Shown: in pieces, positions 18,676 to 28,872 of the stretch
How positions within the stretch are numbered: the first letter of the stretch is position 1
Layout: each line of letters opens with the position of its first letter
Source of the DNA: Nannocystis bainbridge
GTDB taxonomy: Bacteria > Myxococcota_A > Polyangia > Nannocystales > Nannocystaceae
Reading direction: 5' to 3'
DNA length: 64,000 bases
Assembly (NCBI RefSeq): GCF_028368995.1
Contig: NZ_JAQNDL010000001.1
Span: 4,320,001-4,384,000, forward strand
The notes under the pieces: generated by a model
What the model saw: the letters and a program-made list of their open reading frames with translations, nothing else
Database searches by the model: none
Told to the model about the DNA's origin: nothing
Made by a program: the position numbers and the translations under genes

Positions 18676-20921
18676 GGCGCAGGGAGCTTGCGCTGGAGCG
18701 AGCGCAACTGCGCGCGGACCGTGGTGGCGTAGCGCGCCTTGGGGTCGAGTTCAAGATAGCGCTCGTATGCGTGGACCGCGGTCGCGACCTCGCCGAGCTC
18801 TTGCGCGATCACCCCGAGGGCCAGCTGCGCGTCGGCCAGCCCCGCATCGGCCTCGACCGCCGCCTTGGCGGCCGGCAGGGCCTCCGCGAACTTGCCCTGA
18901 TCGAGCCGCGCATTGGCCAGCAGCGCCTGCGCCTCCGCGTAGCCCGGCGCCTCCGTCACCAGCTCGACCAGCGTCGCCTCGGCGTCCTTCGCCTTGCCGT
19001 TCTTGTATTGCTTCTGCGCCGCCTCGAGCTTCGCCTGCTGCTCCGGCGAGATCGGCGTCCCCGGCGGCGGCGCCACCGCGTTCGTGGGCTCCGTCGCTGG
19101 CGGCGGCTCGGGCGCAGGTTCGATCACCGCGACCTTCTCGGGCGTCGTCGGCTCCGTCTTCGCCGGCTCGACCCTCGCCGGCTCGACCTTCTGCGGCTCC
19201 GGCTCCGGCTGGGCCCCCGCCACCGGCTCGACCGCCTGCTTGCTCGCCCCCGCCAGCAACCTGTCCCTTGGGACATCTGCCGAAGTCGGCCGCCACAGCA
19301 GCGCTGCCACCGCCGCGGCGCCCACCGCCATCAACCCCCACGGCCACAGCGAGCGTCGCCGCGGCGCCTCTTCGGCCGCCACCGCGAAGTTCGCCGCCGA
19401 CACCTGCGACGGCGCCGGCGTCACTCCCGAGTTCATCGCCAGCGTCTGCGCCACCAGCTCGTTGAGGCGACCGAGGTCCGCCGCGCTCTCCGAGAGCAGC
19501 GGCTGCCCGTCGCCTGGCGACGACTCGAACGCGCTGATCGTCGGGATCGCGCCGCTGTGTTCGCGCCTGCGCACGATCACCGAAGAGGATGGACGCGCCC
19601 GCGGCGTCGGCACGTCGCGCGGCATCACCAGCTCGCCGACGGCCTCCGCGCTCGGCGCTCCCATCGGCGACGCGATCGTGAACGGGCCCAGGCGATCGGT
19701 CACGCGATCAGGATGACCCACCGGGGTCACCTCTGGCGAGTCACCTGGCCCGTGAGACTCGTCCGGAATCCCGCCGACCAGCACATCGTCGTGCTCCGCC
19801 CCGCCGGAGCCCGGGAACGGCTGCGGGTAACTCGGCATCGGCGGCAGATCGGCCGCCGCCTGGGCCGGCGGCGTGAGCTCGGGCGGCGGCACCTGGATCG
19901 CCATCGAAGTCGCCTTGTGGAGGTCCCACAGCTCCAGGTTGCCCTCGACCGGCGTCTCTTGCGACTGCTCCAGCGCCGACTCGTGCGGCTCGAGCAGCAG
20001 CCCCTTGAAGTAGAGCTCGCTGACGTGCTCGAGCGCCTGCAGGTCGTCGAGGCCCGAGTCGTCGATCGCCTGGATGATCGTCCGCCGGGCGTTGAAGCGG
20101 CGCAGGATCGTCTGCTCCTGTGGCGTCAGCTCCGGGTCCGACTTCGCCGCCAGGCTCGTGTCGATGATGAGCACGTGGTCGAGCGGCGGCAGCCCCTCGA
20201 GCAGGCGGCCCCACTCGTCGACCCGCCGCATCCCCTCCATCAACAGGCTCTGCGTCGACTCCTCGATCGTCGGCACCCGGCTGATCGCCTTGAACTCGAC
20301 CTCGAACCGGCCGTCGCTGAGCCCCAGCAGCCGGAACACCGCCGCGTCCGCTTGCAGCCGCCCCATCTCCGCGTCGATCAGCCGCCCGTCGCGGAACCAC
20401 ACCGCCGCCCGCCCCAGGTCCGTCTCGAACTCGATCGTCCCGCTCTTGCGCGAGATCTCGATCGTCTGCATCAGGTCCACGATCGCCATGTCGGCGAGCT
20501 GCCCGCTGAACTTCGTACGCGCGTCCTTCTTGCCGATCCGCTCCTGCTGCTTTCGTTGCAGCAGCATCTTCACGCGGACCATGATCTCTTTGACGTAGAT
20601 CGGCCGCGTCAGGTAGTCGTCGACGCCGAGCTCGAGCCCGTGGACCTTGTCTTCCAGCTCGGTGGCCGAGGTCAGGAAGATGAAGGGGATCTGGCCCCAC
20701 TTGGCGTGGCTCTTGACGATCCGGCAGAACTCGAAGCCGCTGCCGTCGGGTAGCCGCGTATCCGACACGATCAGCTCAGGATCCGTCAGATCGAGGAACT
20801 GCAGCGCCTGCAGCATGTTCTCGGCCGCGGTGATGCTGTAGCCGGCCTTGCGGAGGCTGACCTCGAGCACCCGCCGCGTCCGGGCGTCCGCGTCGACGAT
20901 CAGCAGGTTTTGCCGGGCCAT
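18672..20921 (-). CDS. Response regulator: REC, DUF4388-like domain, disordered linker, TM and C-terminal TPR
   Basis: LLIVDAD..LIVSDTRLPDGSG..FIFLT; FSGQLADM.IVDLMQ..KSG DUF4388-like; TM WPWGLMAVGAAAVAALLW; TPR AYERYLELDP. Confidence 0.88.
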   Translation of the reverse strand: MARQNLLIVDADARTRRVLEVSLRKAGYSITAAENMLQALQFLDLTDPELIVSDTRLPDGSGFEFCRIVKSHAKWGQIPFIFLTSATELEDKVHGLELGVDDYLTRPIYVKEIMVRVKMLLQRKQQERIGKKDARTKFSGQLADMAIVDLMQTIEISRKSGTIEFETDLGRAAVWFRDGRLIDAEMGRLQADAAVFRLLGLSDGRFEVEFKAISRVPTIEESTQSLLMEGMRRVDEWGRLLEGLPPLDHVLIIDTSLAAKSDPELTPQEQTILRRFNARRTIIQAIDDSGLDDLQALEHVSELYFKGLLLEPHESALEQSQETPVEGNLELWDLHKATSMAIQVPPPELTPPAQAAADLPPMPSYPQPFPGSGGAEHDDVLVGGIPDESHGPGDSPEVTPVGHPDRVTDRLGPFTIASPMGAPSAEAVGELVMPRDVPTPRARPSSSVIVRRREHSGAIPTISAFESSPGDGQPLLSESAADLGRLNELVAQTLAMNSGVTPAPSQVSAANFAVAAEEAPRRRSLWPWGLMAVGAAAVAALLWRPTSADVPRDRLLAGASKQAVEPVAGAQPEPEPQKVEPARVEPAKTEPTTPEKVAVIEPAPEPPPATEPTNAVAPPPGTPISPEQQAKLEAAQKQYKNGKAKDAEATLVELVTEAPGYAEAQALLANARLDQGKFAEALPAAKAAVEADAGLADAQLALGVIAQELGEVATAVHAYERYLELDPKARYATTVRAQLRSLQRKLPAP

Positions 20922-21009
20922 GTGCCCTCACCTGCGGGGGAGCCCCCGGCTCCCCGGCTCCACGACGCGCCTGCTCCCCCGGAATTCCCCACGGCTCGTA
21001 AAACGATAG

Positions 21010-21795
21010 CAACCCGGTCAACCGGGCGGCAAGCGGCCGCGCCGCGCGCTGGCGGCCAACATGTCCCAAAGGCCATGGACGTTAGTGCGCTTCTTCCCCG
21101 CGGCTCGTCGTGCAATCGCAGCCCCGGCAACCGAGCGGCGAGCGGCCGCGCCGCTGGCGACCAACATGTCTCAAAGGCCATGGACGTTAACGCGCCTCTT
21201 CCCCGTGGCTCGTCGTTCAATCGCAGCCCCATCAACCGTGCGGCGAGCGGCCGCGCCGCCGGCGGCTCACATGCCCCAAAGGCCATGGACGTTAACGCGC
21301 CTCCCCATGGTCGTGCGCTCGCAGCCCCGTCAACCGAGCGGCGAGCTGCCGGCCCAACATGTCCCGAAGGCCATGGACGCTTGCGCGCCTCCCCAAGGCT
21401 CGTCGACCGCTCGCAGCCCGTCAACCGAGCGGCGAGCAGCCACGTTGCCGGCGGCCAACATGTCTCAAAGGCCTTGGACGTTAACGCGCCTTCCATGGCT
21501 CGTCGTGCCGCTCGGTTGACGTGGCTGCGAGCGCAAGCTGCCGCGCGCAGGCGGCCCAACATGTCCCAAAGGCCACGGACGTTAGCGCGCCTCCCCATGG
21601 CTCGTCGCCCGAGGGCGGCCCCGTGATTGAGCGACAAGCGGCCGCGTTCCCCCGCCAAGCCCAGCAGAAGCTCACCAATTCCAGTGGGGTCCCACTGCAC
21701 CGTCGTGGCCGTCGATCGAGCTCCGCTTCCCGGCGGACGCCGAGACATCGCCGCTACCATCCACATGTCCCAGCGACCATGGACATTAGCGCGCG
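21010..21795. repeat. Degenerate ~100-bp tandem repeat (6 clear units plus 1 distal core)
   Basis: Core ACATGTCYCAAAGGCCATGGACGTTARCGCGC with ATG at 21061, 21166, 21271, 21359, 21460, 21561 and a weaker copy at 21765. Confidence 0.9.
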
Positions 21796-22202
21796 CTCGT
21801 GTTTTCCGTGCTCCGCGTTTCTCTGCTAGCTTGCCCGAGTGGTCGGCGTGCCGTTCCATCCCTTCGAGACCACGCCTGCAGCCGTCACTCGCTGCCGACG
21901 CGTACATGCCTCGGGGATCATCCGTAACCGACGTGGGCCGCGACGACCTCGACGGCGGCCGCTAGCCCGACTTCCTGCTGCTCGCCTGGCCAGCGACCCG
22001 CGTCATCGACGCCCAGACCGAGCCGGTTCGCCGAGGTCACCGTCGACCTGGAGCGCGGCCGAGGCGAAGCTCCACCGATCCTTGGTGCGCTCGTCCTCGC
22101 CGATCGTGCTTCCGTGCGCAGTTCCCCCGGGACGCCCACGGCTGCCCGGGGTCCTCGTGACCGATCGAACTCTGTGAGCCGTCGCCGCGAGACACCCGGT
22201 CG

Positions 22203-23357
22203 ATGCACGCCGATTCCCCGCCCTCCGCGCTCCCCCTGCCGCCCGAGACGCTTCGCGTCCGCCTCCGCCAGGCGCCCGTCACCGCCGCGCTGCTCGGCGT
22301 GTGCATCGTCCTCTACGCGATCACCTTCATCGCCACCCTCGCGCAGGCCCCCGACCCGCTGGACGTGGCGATGCGCAGCGTATGGAGCCTGAGCCTCACC
22401 GACAGCACCGACATCTTCCGTCAGCTCGGCGCCCTCGAGCTCTCGCGCGTGTGGCTGGACGGCGAGTGGTGGCGCGTCGCTACCACCGGCCTGCTTCACG
22501 GCAGCTTGCTGCACCTGGTGCTCAACAGCATCGCCCTGCTCTCGGTCGGTGAGTGGGTCGAGCAAGCCTGGGGCCATTTTCGCACGCTCGCGCTGTTCAC
22601 GCTGGCGAGCATCGGCGGCGCCCTCGCCTCGCTCGCGTGGTGCGAGTCCCCGATCGTGCTCGGCGCCTCGGCGGGGATCCTCGGCCAGGCCGGTGCTATC
22701 TGGCTCGCTCGCCGCTGGGGCTCGCCCATCCTGCAGGACAAGCTCGCGCCGATCTCCGCCACCAGCCTGGCGATCTTGATCGTCATCTGCCTCGGCGTTG
22801 GTCTCCTCGTCCCCGGCATCGCTCAGGCTGGCCACCTCGGAGGTCTCGCCGCCGGCCTTCTCCTCGGCGGCGCCTGGGTCACCGGCAGGCGCGCCGGGAA
22901 ATTCGCCCTCTCCCTCGCGCTCGCCCTCCTGCTCGGCGGCCTCGCCTGGCTCGGCGCCCGCCCCACCCACCGCACCAACTACTACGCCATCCTCGGCTTC
23001 CGCCAGCTCGCCGACGACCGCCCCGCCGACGCCCTTATCCTCTTTAATAGAGGGCTCGAGCTCGACCCCGACAACGCCAGCTTCCGCAACGCCGTCGCCT
23101 ACCAACTGGCCGTCGACGGCGTCGAGCTCGACCGCGCCGAGTCCCTCTCCCTCGCCGCCCTCGCCACGAACCACCTCAATCCGAGTTACCTCGATACCCT
23201 CGGATGGATCTGGTGCCGCCAAGGTCATCCGGCCGCCGGCACCCACGCGCTCCAAGCGGCCGCCTGGTTAGCGAGCGAGCGCTTCCCGGAAGTCGACGAG
23301 CACCTCGCAGGCTGCGCCTCGGCCGCGGCGCCGAGTGTTCCACGTGAAACACTCTGA
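22203..23357 (+). CDS. Rhomboid intramembrane serine protease with C-terminal TPR
   Basis: GEWWR, LHGSLLHLVLN, GASAG, AGHLGG; TPR YLDTLGWI. Confidence 0.92.
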   Translation: MHADSPPSALPLPPETLRVRLRQAPVTAALLGVCIVLYAITFIATLAQAPDPLDVAMRSVWSLSLTDSTDIFRQLGALELSRVWLDGEWWRVATTGLLHGSLLHLVLNSIALLSVGEWVEQAWGHFRTLALFTLASIGGALASLAWCESPIVLGASAGILGQAGAIWLARRWGSPILQDKLAPISATSLAILIVICLGVGLLVPGIAQAGHLGGLAAGLLLGGAWVTGRRAGKFALSLALALLLGGLAWLGARPTHRTNYYAILGFRQLADDRPADALILFNRGLELDPDNASFRNAVAYQLAVDGVELDRAESLSLAALATNHLNPSYLDTLGWIWCRQGHPAAGTHALQAAAWLASERFPEVDEHLAGCASAAAPSVPRETL

Positions 23358-25348
23358 GCCGGCTCATCGCCGAGCGAGAGCCGGGCTTCTTCAGCCCGCA
23401 CAGCCTGATGTTCCACGTGAAACGTGGCGAGCTTGCCGCGCACCTCGCGGCCTGCATTTCGGCCGCGGGTGTTCCACGTGAAACACTCTGAGCCCGGTCT
23501 TCGCCAGGCCCAGCAAGACGGTCTTCAGACTTCGCATGGCCTGATGTTCCACGTGAAACATGACGATTTCCGGCCAGGCGGAGGTACCGGTCGCATGTAG
23601 CTCATACGGGCCGCCGCCCGTAGCCCACACGGTGCTGGACTCAGTCCCTCTGACTCTCTTCGCGGGTTTGGAGTACGCCGCCGCCGGATCGCAGGCCGTC
23701 CCCGGAGTGTTCCACGTGAAACACTCCGAAACCAGCTCGTTCAACAGGCCTAGCAAGAGGCCAGCACCTCAGGCTCGCACAGCCTGATGTTCCACGTGAA
23801 CGACGCCAGCTTCCGCTGCGCCCAACGGCTTGATGACTGGGCCCTTCTGACAGTCATCGCTGCCCGGCGGGCGCCGCATGGGCGCGTTCCCAAAGGCCGG
23901 CTGCGGTGACCTCGGTCTGAAGCTACTGGCGAGCGAATCGCCAAATGCGGTCGCCGAGGGGTCGCCTGTAACCTGCGACTGTAGCGACCAGTCATGCACG
24001 CTAGCCGGCTATCTGGCCTCGGAGGAGTTTCGTCCACTCTCGCTGGGTCTCGTCTATCGAGTGCTTTCACAGCGACCCGCGCGGCCATGGTCGGGTCGAC
24101 GACCCGCCCGGAGATAGTCCCGCAGCAGCATGGGGCATTCATTGTCGAGGACCTGGAACTGCAGTCCCAGCGCCGGCAGACCGAACTCGGCTCCGACGCC
24201 GCCTCTGGGGTCCCTGCAGCCTATCGGCGGCGTACCATCCCTCCAAGTTCAGGCCGAGTCGATTCGAGCGCTGGCGTCGAGCCTAGCTCGAAATCTGCTT
24301 CAGAAATGCCGCCCCGAATGCACAGGCCGCCTGCGGAGCGTTCTCTCCCGCCTCATGACCTCAGCCGGTCCGCGCGAAGCTCTCTGCTTGCGGCCTCTGA
24401 GGGATCCTTCCCCAAGCCGGGACCAAGGACCAAAGGTTTCCACGTGGAACTCATGACCAGTTGCAGCGCCTCGAGGGAACTCCTGGCTCTGCTACTGCCT
24501 GCCCCCGGCTCGCGCCCAAGCGATCACTAAGTCCTGCCTTCCTGGGCGTTCGCTACATCGCCCGAGATAAGCACGTGACGACTCTCCACCGCTGCCAGGC
24601 GCTCAAATGAGCCCTGAGCCTGGATAGCTTCTTCGCGCTCAGGGCTGCCTTCCCGTGTTTCACGTGAACCTGGGGCCTGAAGAATTGGCCCTGAGCCCAG
24701 ACAGGCCGACTCCGCGCTCTAGCCGCTTCTCCAGAAGTCTAAGTGAAACCTGTTTGTAGCGGGGCTGAAGGAGCGTCGACTGTCCCGCTCCAGCTAGTTG
24801 AAAAGAAGCTCTTTCCGCCACCCACTTGCCCGGACCGCGGTGCCGGTCCCCGCCCGGGCCAATCAAGTCCTCGGGGCGCTCGCTCCCGGAAGAGGGATGA
24901 GCTCTCCCGCCGATCACTACGCCCACCAGGGTCGAACTCAAGCATCGGTTTCCGCCGCTCACCAGGCGATCGATTCTGCCTTCTGGACCTGGGCGGCGAC
25001 TTTCCCATTCGCCGCCCAGGCTCCTCGGGTACCTCCCGCCTCAAACCCAATTTGTCATGAGCGGAGCCAGCGTTGAAGGAAGAGCCCAACCTGACTCTTG
25101 CCGCGGGCTGACGGCCTGAGCAGCGGAGAGACACGAGGCTCGGCCTGAGCAGCGGAGAGACACGAGGCCCCCTCGTGTCTCCCTCGAGCACACCTCGCCG
25201 ACGTCACCGAGTATCCCGCTCCGCGCTCAGCTCGTTCGCAGCGCGGCCGCGGAGTTGCCTGACTTCAGCGATCTGCTGACCCAGCACGGAACCCACGCAG
25301 GAATCTCCGCCACCGATGGAGCACCCCTTCACCGTTCCACGTGAAACG
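23336..25348. other. parS centromere cluster (about 9 sites)
   Basis: TGTTCCACGTGAAAC(A/G) at 23336, 23409, 23470, 23545, 23708; degenerate at 23788, 24436, 24656; CGTTCCACGTGAAACG at 25333; matches the conserved ParB site. Confidence 0.93.
25112..25181. repeat. 29-bp direct duplication ending in an 11-bp stem hairpin
   Basis: CGGCCTGAGCAGCGGAGAGACACGAGGC twice, then GAGACACGAGG-CCC-CCTCGTGTCTC. Confidence 0.7.
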
Positions 25349-25349
25349 C

Positions 25350-25994
25350 TCACCCCCGCGCCACCCCGCGGATCGACCACCGGGCATCATCCACCCGCCC
25401 CACCTCGCCCGCGAAGACCCCCGTCTCCGCCCGCACATGGGCGACGACCACCCCGCCCGGCTTGACCCACTGCCGGCCCACTTCCACCCAAACCTCGGGG
25501 CTGAACACCGCCCTCGCGCTGGCCCAGTCGAAGCTCCCCGGCGTTACCAGCTCCCCACCATTCTTGACCGGCCGCCAAGACGCCCCCTCGACGTGTCCGC
25601 GCAGCACCCCGCAATCTCGCCGCCCGATCTGGTGCACCGCCATGTCGAGAAAGGACGCCCGCCGTTCCCGCGGCTCGATCAGCGTCACCTGCACCTCGAG
25701 ACAGGCAGCAACCACCAGCGCAGGAAAGCCGGCACCCGAGCCGACATCGAGCCAGCGCTGCTCGGGTCGTGTCCCGATTTTGTGCGCCAGGCCGACCACC
25801 TGCAGGCCCTCGAGGACATGTCCCAAAAGACCTGCCTCATCGGTTGCCCCGCTCAGGTTGAACGCACGACCGAAGCGCTGCCACAGCCCCAGCAGCAGCC
25901 GCAGCCGGTCCACTGCTGCGGCCTCGAGGTTGAACCCGAAGCGCGTCGCCGCCGCCTCGAGCTCACCGCCAATATCGACATTGCTCCCCTGCAC
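25350..25994 (-). CDS. rsmG: 16S rRNA m7G527 methyltransferase (start uncertain)
   Basis: FNLSG, LDVGSGAGFPAL, LIEPRERRASFL, ASARAV. Confidence 0.9.
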   Translation of the reverse strand: MQGSNVDIGGELEAAATRFGFNLEAAAVDRLRLLLGLWQRFGRAFNLSGATDEAGLLGHVLEGLQVVGLAHKIGTRPEQRWLDVGSGAGFPALVVAACLEVQVTLIEPRERRASFLDMAVHQIGRRDCGVLRGHVEGASWRPVKNGGELVTPGSFDWASARAVFSPEVWVEVGRQWVKPGGVVVAHVRAETGVFAGEVGRVDDARWSIRGVARG

Positions 25995-26034
25995 GCTCGC
26001 GGAGTAAGAAGAGCCCTCCCTTCTGTCAAGCAGC

Positions 26035-27207
26035 ATGTCCGAGCTGTTGAACCAGCGACTCCGTCGCCACCTCGCCGCGCTGCATGCCGAAGGCCTCGCG
26101 CGCGAGCTGCCGCAGATCGGTCAGCGTGACGGAGTCCGCTACCAGCTCGACGGCGCCTGGGTCACCGGCTTCTGCAGCAACGACTACCTCGGTCTTGCCA
26201 ACCACCCGCGCCTGCGCCCCTCGAACTTCGCCACGCTCGCGTCGGGTGACGCGGCTGGTGCCACCGCTTCCCGACTCGTCGCCGGCGACCTTCCCGCGCA
26301 CCGCGCCGCCGAGCAGGCCCTCGCCGCCCTGGCTGGCTCGGACGACGCCGTCCTGTTCCCCAGCGGTTTCCAGCTCAACGTCGGCGTGCTGCCCGCTCTG
26401 ATCGAGCCGGACGACACCGTTTTTAGCGACGCGCTCAACCACGCCAGCCTCATCGACGGACTACGCCTTGCCCGCGCCCGTCCGACGATCCTCCCGCATC
26501 GCACCGCTCCACCGCCGATCGCCACCCCGCGCTGGTGGGTGACCGAATCGATCTTCTCTATGGACGGCGACACCGCCGAGCCCGCTCGCCTGCGCGAGTT
26601 CAGCGAGCGCGGCGGCATGCTCTACCTGGACGAGGCCCACAGCCTCGGCCTCTTCCCTGGCGGCGCAGGCTTCGCCCGTCACCACGGCATTCGTACCTCG
26701 GTGCTCATGGGTGGCCTCGGCAAAGCGTTCGGTCTGGCCGGGGCCTTCGCCGCCGGCAGCCGCGAAGTCTGCACGTGGATCCGCACCCGCGCCCGCAGCT
26801 TCGTGTTCAGCACCGGCAACCCGCCCGCGCTCGCCGAACAGGCCCGGCTCGCTGCGACTCTGCTGACCGGTCCCGACGGCGACGAGCGCCGCGCCCGCCT
26901 GTGGAACAACGCCCGGCTCCTGGCCGCCGCCCTCGAGCGCACCCCGCCGGTCTCCCCCATCTTCCCCGTGCTCATCGGCGCCAACCAGCTCGCCGTGACG
27001 ATCAGTCATGCGCTGCGCGAACGCGGCTGGCATGTCCAGGCGATCCGCCCGCCCACCGTCCCGGTCGGCACTGCCCGCCTGCGACTCACCGTCACCGCCG
27101 ATCACGACGAAGCGCAAATCCACGGCCTCGTCGCCGATCTCCGCACCCTTCTGCAGCGGCACGGCCTCTCGCTCGCCGACACCCAGCCGCTTACCGACCC
27201 GCGCTGA
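26035..27207 (+). CDS. bioF: 8-amino-7-oxononanoate synthase (class II PLP enzyme)
   Basis: FCSNDYLGLA, SRLVAG, DALNHASLIDG, ESIFSMDGD, DEAH, LGKAFG, AIRPPTVP.GTARLR. Confidence 0.9.
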   Translation: MSELLNQRLRRHLAALHAEGLARELPQIGQRDGVRYQLDGAWVTGFCSNDYLGLANHPRLRPSNFATLASGDAAGATASRLVAGDLPAHRAAEQALAALAGSDDAVLFPSGFQLNVGVLPALIEPDDTVFSDALNHASLIDGLRLARARPTILPHRTAPPPIATPRWWVTESIFSMDGDTAEPARLREFSERGGMLYLDEAHSLGLFPGGAGFARHHGIRTSVLMGGLGKAFGLAGAFAAGSREVCTWIRTRARSFVFSTGNPPALAEQARLAATLLTGPDGDERRARLWNNARLLAAALERTPPVSPIFPVLIGANQLAVTISHALRERGWHVQAIRPPTVPVGTARLRLTVTADHDEAQIHGLVADLRTLLQRHGLSLADTQPLTDPR

Positions 27208-27219
27208 GCGCCCTTTCGC

Positions 27220-27410
27220 TGTCCCTCGGGACATGTCTCTAAAGACATGCCGAGGCACATATCCACCTGGTCTTTGAGCCATGTTGCAGCGGGGTCACCG
27301 CCACAACTCGCTCGTCGCCCAGAATCATCTGTCTCTTGGGACAGCTCCGACGACGGCGGATCGAAACAGCCGAGCCCAGCGGCCTGCGCTGACGACTGTC
27401 CCCAAGGACA
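27220..27410. repeat. TGTC-N6-GACA cluster between convergent bioF and mnmE
   Basis: Perfect sites at 27220 and 27234 (tandem), 27330, 27397; variant at 27268. Confidence 0.85.
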
Positions 27411-27549
27411 CATCCGTCACCGCCGTTCAAGTGAGACCGAGCCGCAGCCTGGCCCTCAGCACGAGCCCCGCTCCCCTGGCCGACCAGCTGCGCACCTGTG
27501 GTGCCGCTGACAGGCGACCTGCCCTACCCGGCGATCCCGGCGCCAGGCC

Positions 27550-28872
27550 TCACTTGCCGATGCAGAACTGGCTGAAGATCCGCCCGAGCACGTCCTCGCC
27601 GATCGGGCCCAGCGCATCGCGGCCGGTGATCTCCGCCAGCTGACGTTCCGCCACCCCGAGCTCGAACGCCACCAGCTCGAGCGGCGCCATGCGCTCCAGC
27701 AGCGCCAGCGCCGAGGACAACGCCGCTGCTGCTTCGGACGCCCGGTCGCGGTGACGTGCCAGCCCGATCCACGGGGCACTCTCGTCCCCGCGCACCACTT
27801 TCAGAAGCTCGGCGCGCAGCCCCATCAAACCTTCGCCGGTCTGCGCGCTCACGCCGATCCACTCGGGGCGGCGCGTTCCCAGGTCGCGCTTGCTCTCCAC
27901 CTGCAGCGCCGCCGGAAACACTGACTCGCTCGGCTCGGCGTCGGCGGGCTCCAGCCACAGCACCACCTCGGCCCCCGCGATCTGCTCGCGACTGCGACCG
28001 ATCCCCTCGTGCTCGATCGAATCGTCGGTCGCCTGGCGCAGCCCGGCCGTATCGACCACCACCAGCTCGATCCCCTCGAGCTGCAGCTCCGCCTCCACAT
28101 AATCGCGGGTCGTCCCTGGCGTCGGCGACACGATCGCCCGCGAGCGGCCGAGCAGCGCGTTGAACAGCGCGCTCTTGCCGGCGTTGGGCGGCCCTGCGAT
28201 CACCACGCGCGCACGTTCACGCGCGCGCTGGCCGGCCGCGAAGCTCCCCAGCCATGACCGCGTCGTCGCCTCTTGCTGCAACAGCGCCGCGCGCCAGCGA
28301 CTCACATCGCCGTCCGCGACGTCCTCGGGGAAATCCAGGTTTGCTTCGATCTCCGCGCGCAGATCTCCGACCGCGCTGCGCAGGGATTCCACCGTGCGAC
28401 CGAGCTCGCCGGCGACCAGGCGTCGCGCTTGATCGATCGCCGCCGACGTGCGCGCGGCGATCAGCGCCGCGATCCCCTCCGCCTGCTCCAGGCTCAAGCG
28501 GCCATGCTCGAAGGCCCGGCGCGTGAACTCGCCGGGACCCGCCGCGCGAGCCCCTCGTTCTTGCAGCGCAGCCACCACGCGTCCGACGTTGCGAGCGCCG
28601 GCGTGCACATGCAGCTCGACCACGTCCTCGCCGGTGAACGAGTTCGGTCCGGGCATCCAGGCCACCAGCGCGTCGTCTCCCGCGCCTTCGCCGTCACGCA
28701 CGCGACGACGCGCGAGCACTCGCGGCGGCGGCAGGCTGTCGACCAGCGCCTCGACGAACGTACGCGCCTCGGGCCCGCTGACGCGAACGATCGCCACGCC
28801 GCCGTCGGGGGTACCGGTGGCGACGCCGACGATCGTCGAATCGGGGCTCTGCGAGGCGCGCGGCCGGGTCAA
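27550..28872 (-). CDS. mnmE: tRNA modification GTPase MnmE
   Basis: VAIVRVSG, SFTGEDVVE, GEFTRRAF, GPPNAGKS, GTTRD, DTAG, C-terminal FCIGK. Confidence 0.97.
   Translation of the reverse strand: MTRPRASQSPDSTIVGVATGTPDGGVAIVRVSGPEARTFVEALVDSLPPPRVLARRRVRDGEGAGDDALVAWMPGPNSFTGEDVVELHVHAGARNVGRVVAALQERGARAAGPGEFTRRAFEHGRLSLEQAEGIAALIAARTSAAIDQARRLVAGELGRTVESLRSAVGDLRAEIEANLDFPEDVADGDVSRWRAALLQQEATTRSWLGSFAAGQRARERARVVIAGPPNAGKSALFNALLGRSRAIVSPTPGTTRDYVEAELQLEGIELVVVDTAGLRQATDDSIEHEGIGRSREQIAGAEVVLWLEPADAEPSESVFPAALQVESKRDLGTRRPEWIGVSAQTGEGLMGLRAELLKVVRGDESAPWIGLARHRDRASEAAAALSSALALLERMAPLELVAFELGVAERQLAEITGRDALGPIGEDVLGRIFSQFCIGK

Noticed and set aside
21010-21795. CRISPR array or repeat protein (ORFs 20910-21626, 20900-21907, 21061-21519)
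   Set aside because: Inter-core segments are homologous rather than unique, no cas genes are present, and periods of 88 and 101 bp shift the reading frame
23336-23802. CRISPR-like repeats
   Set aside because: The repeat is the 16-bp parS consensus with irregular spacing
23800-25330. Hidden genes or a parA/parB pseudogene in the parS interval
   Set aside because: Short ORFs lack GC3 bias and I saw no Walker A or ParB motifs; tblastn would be needed to exclude remnants
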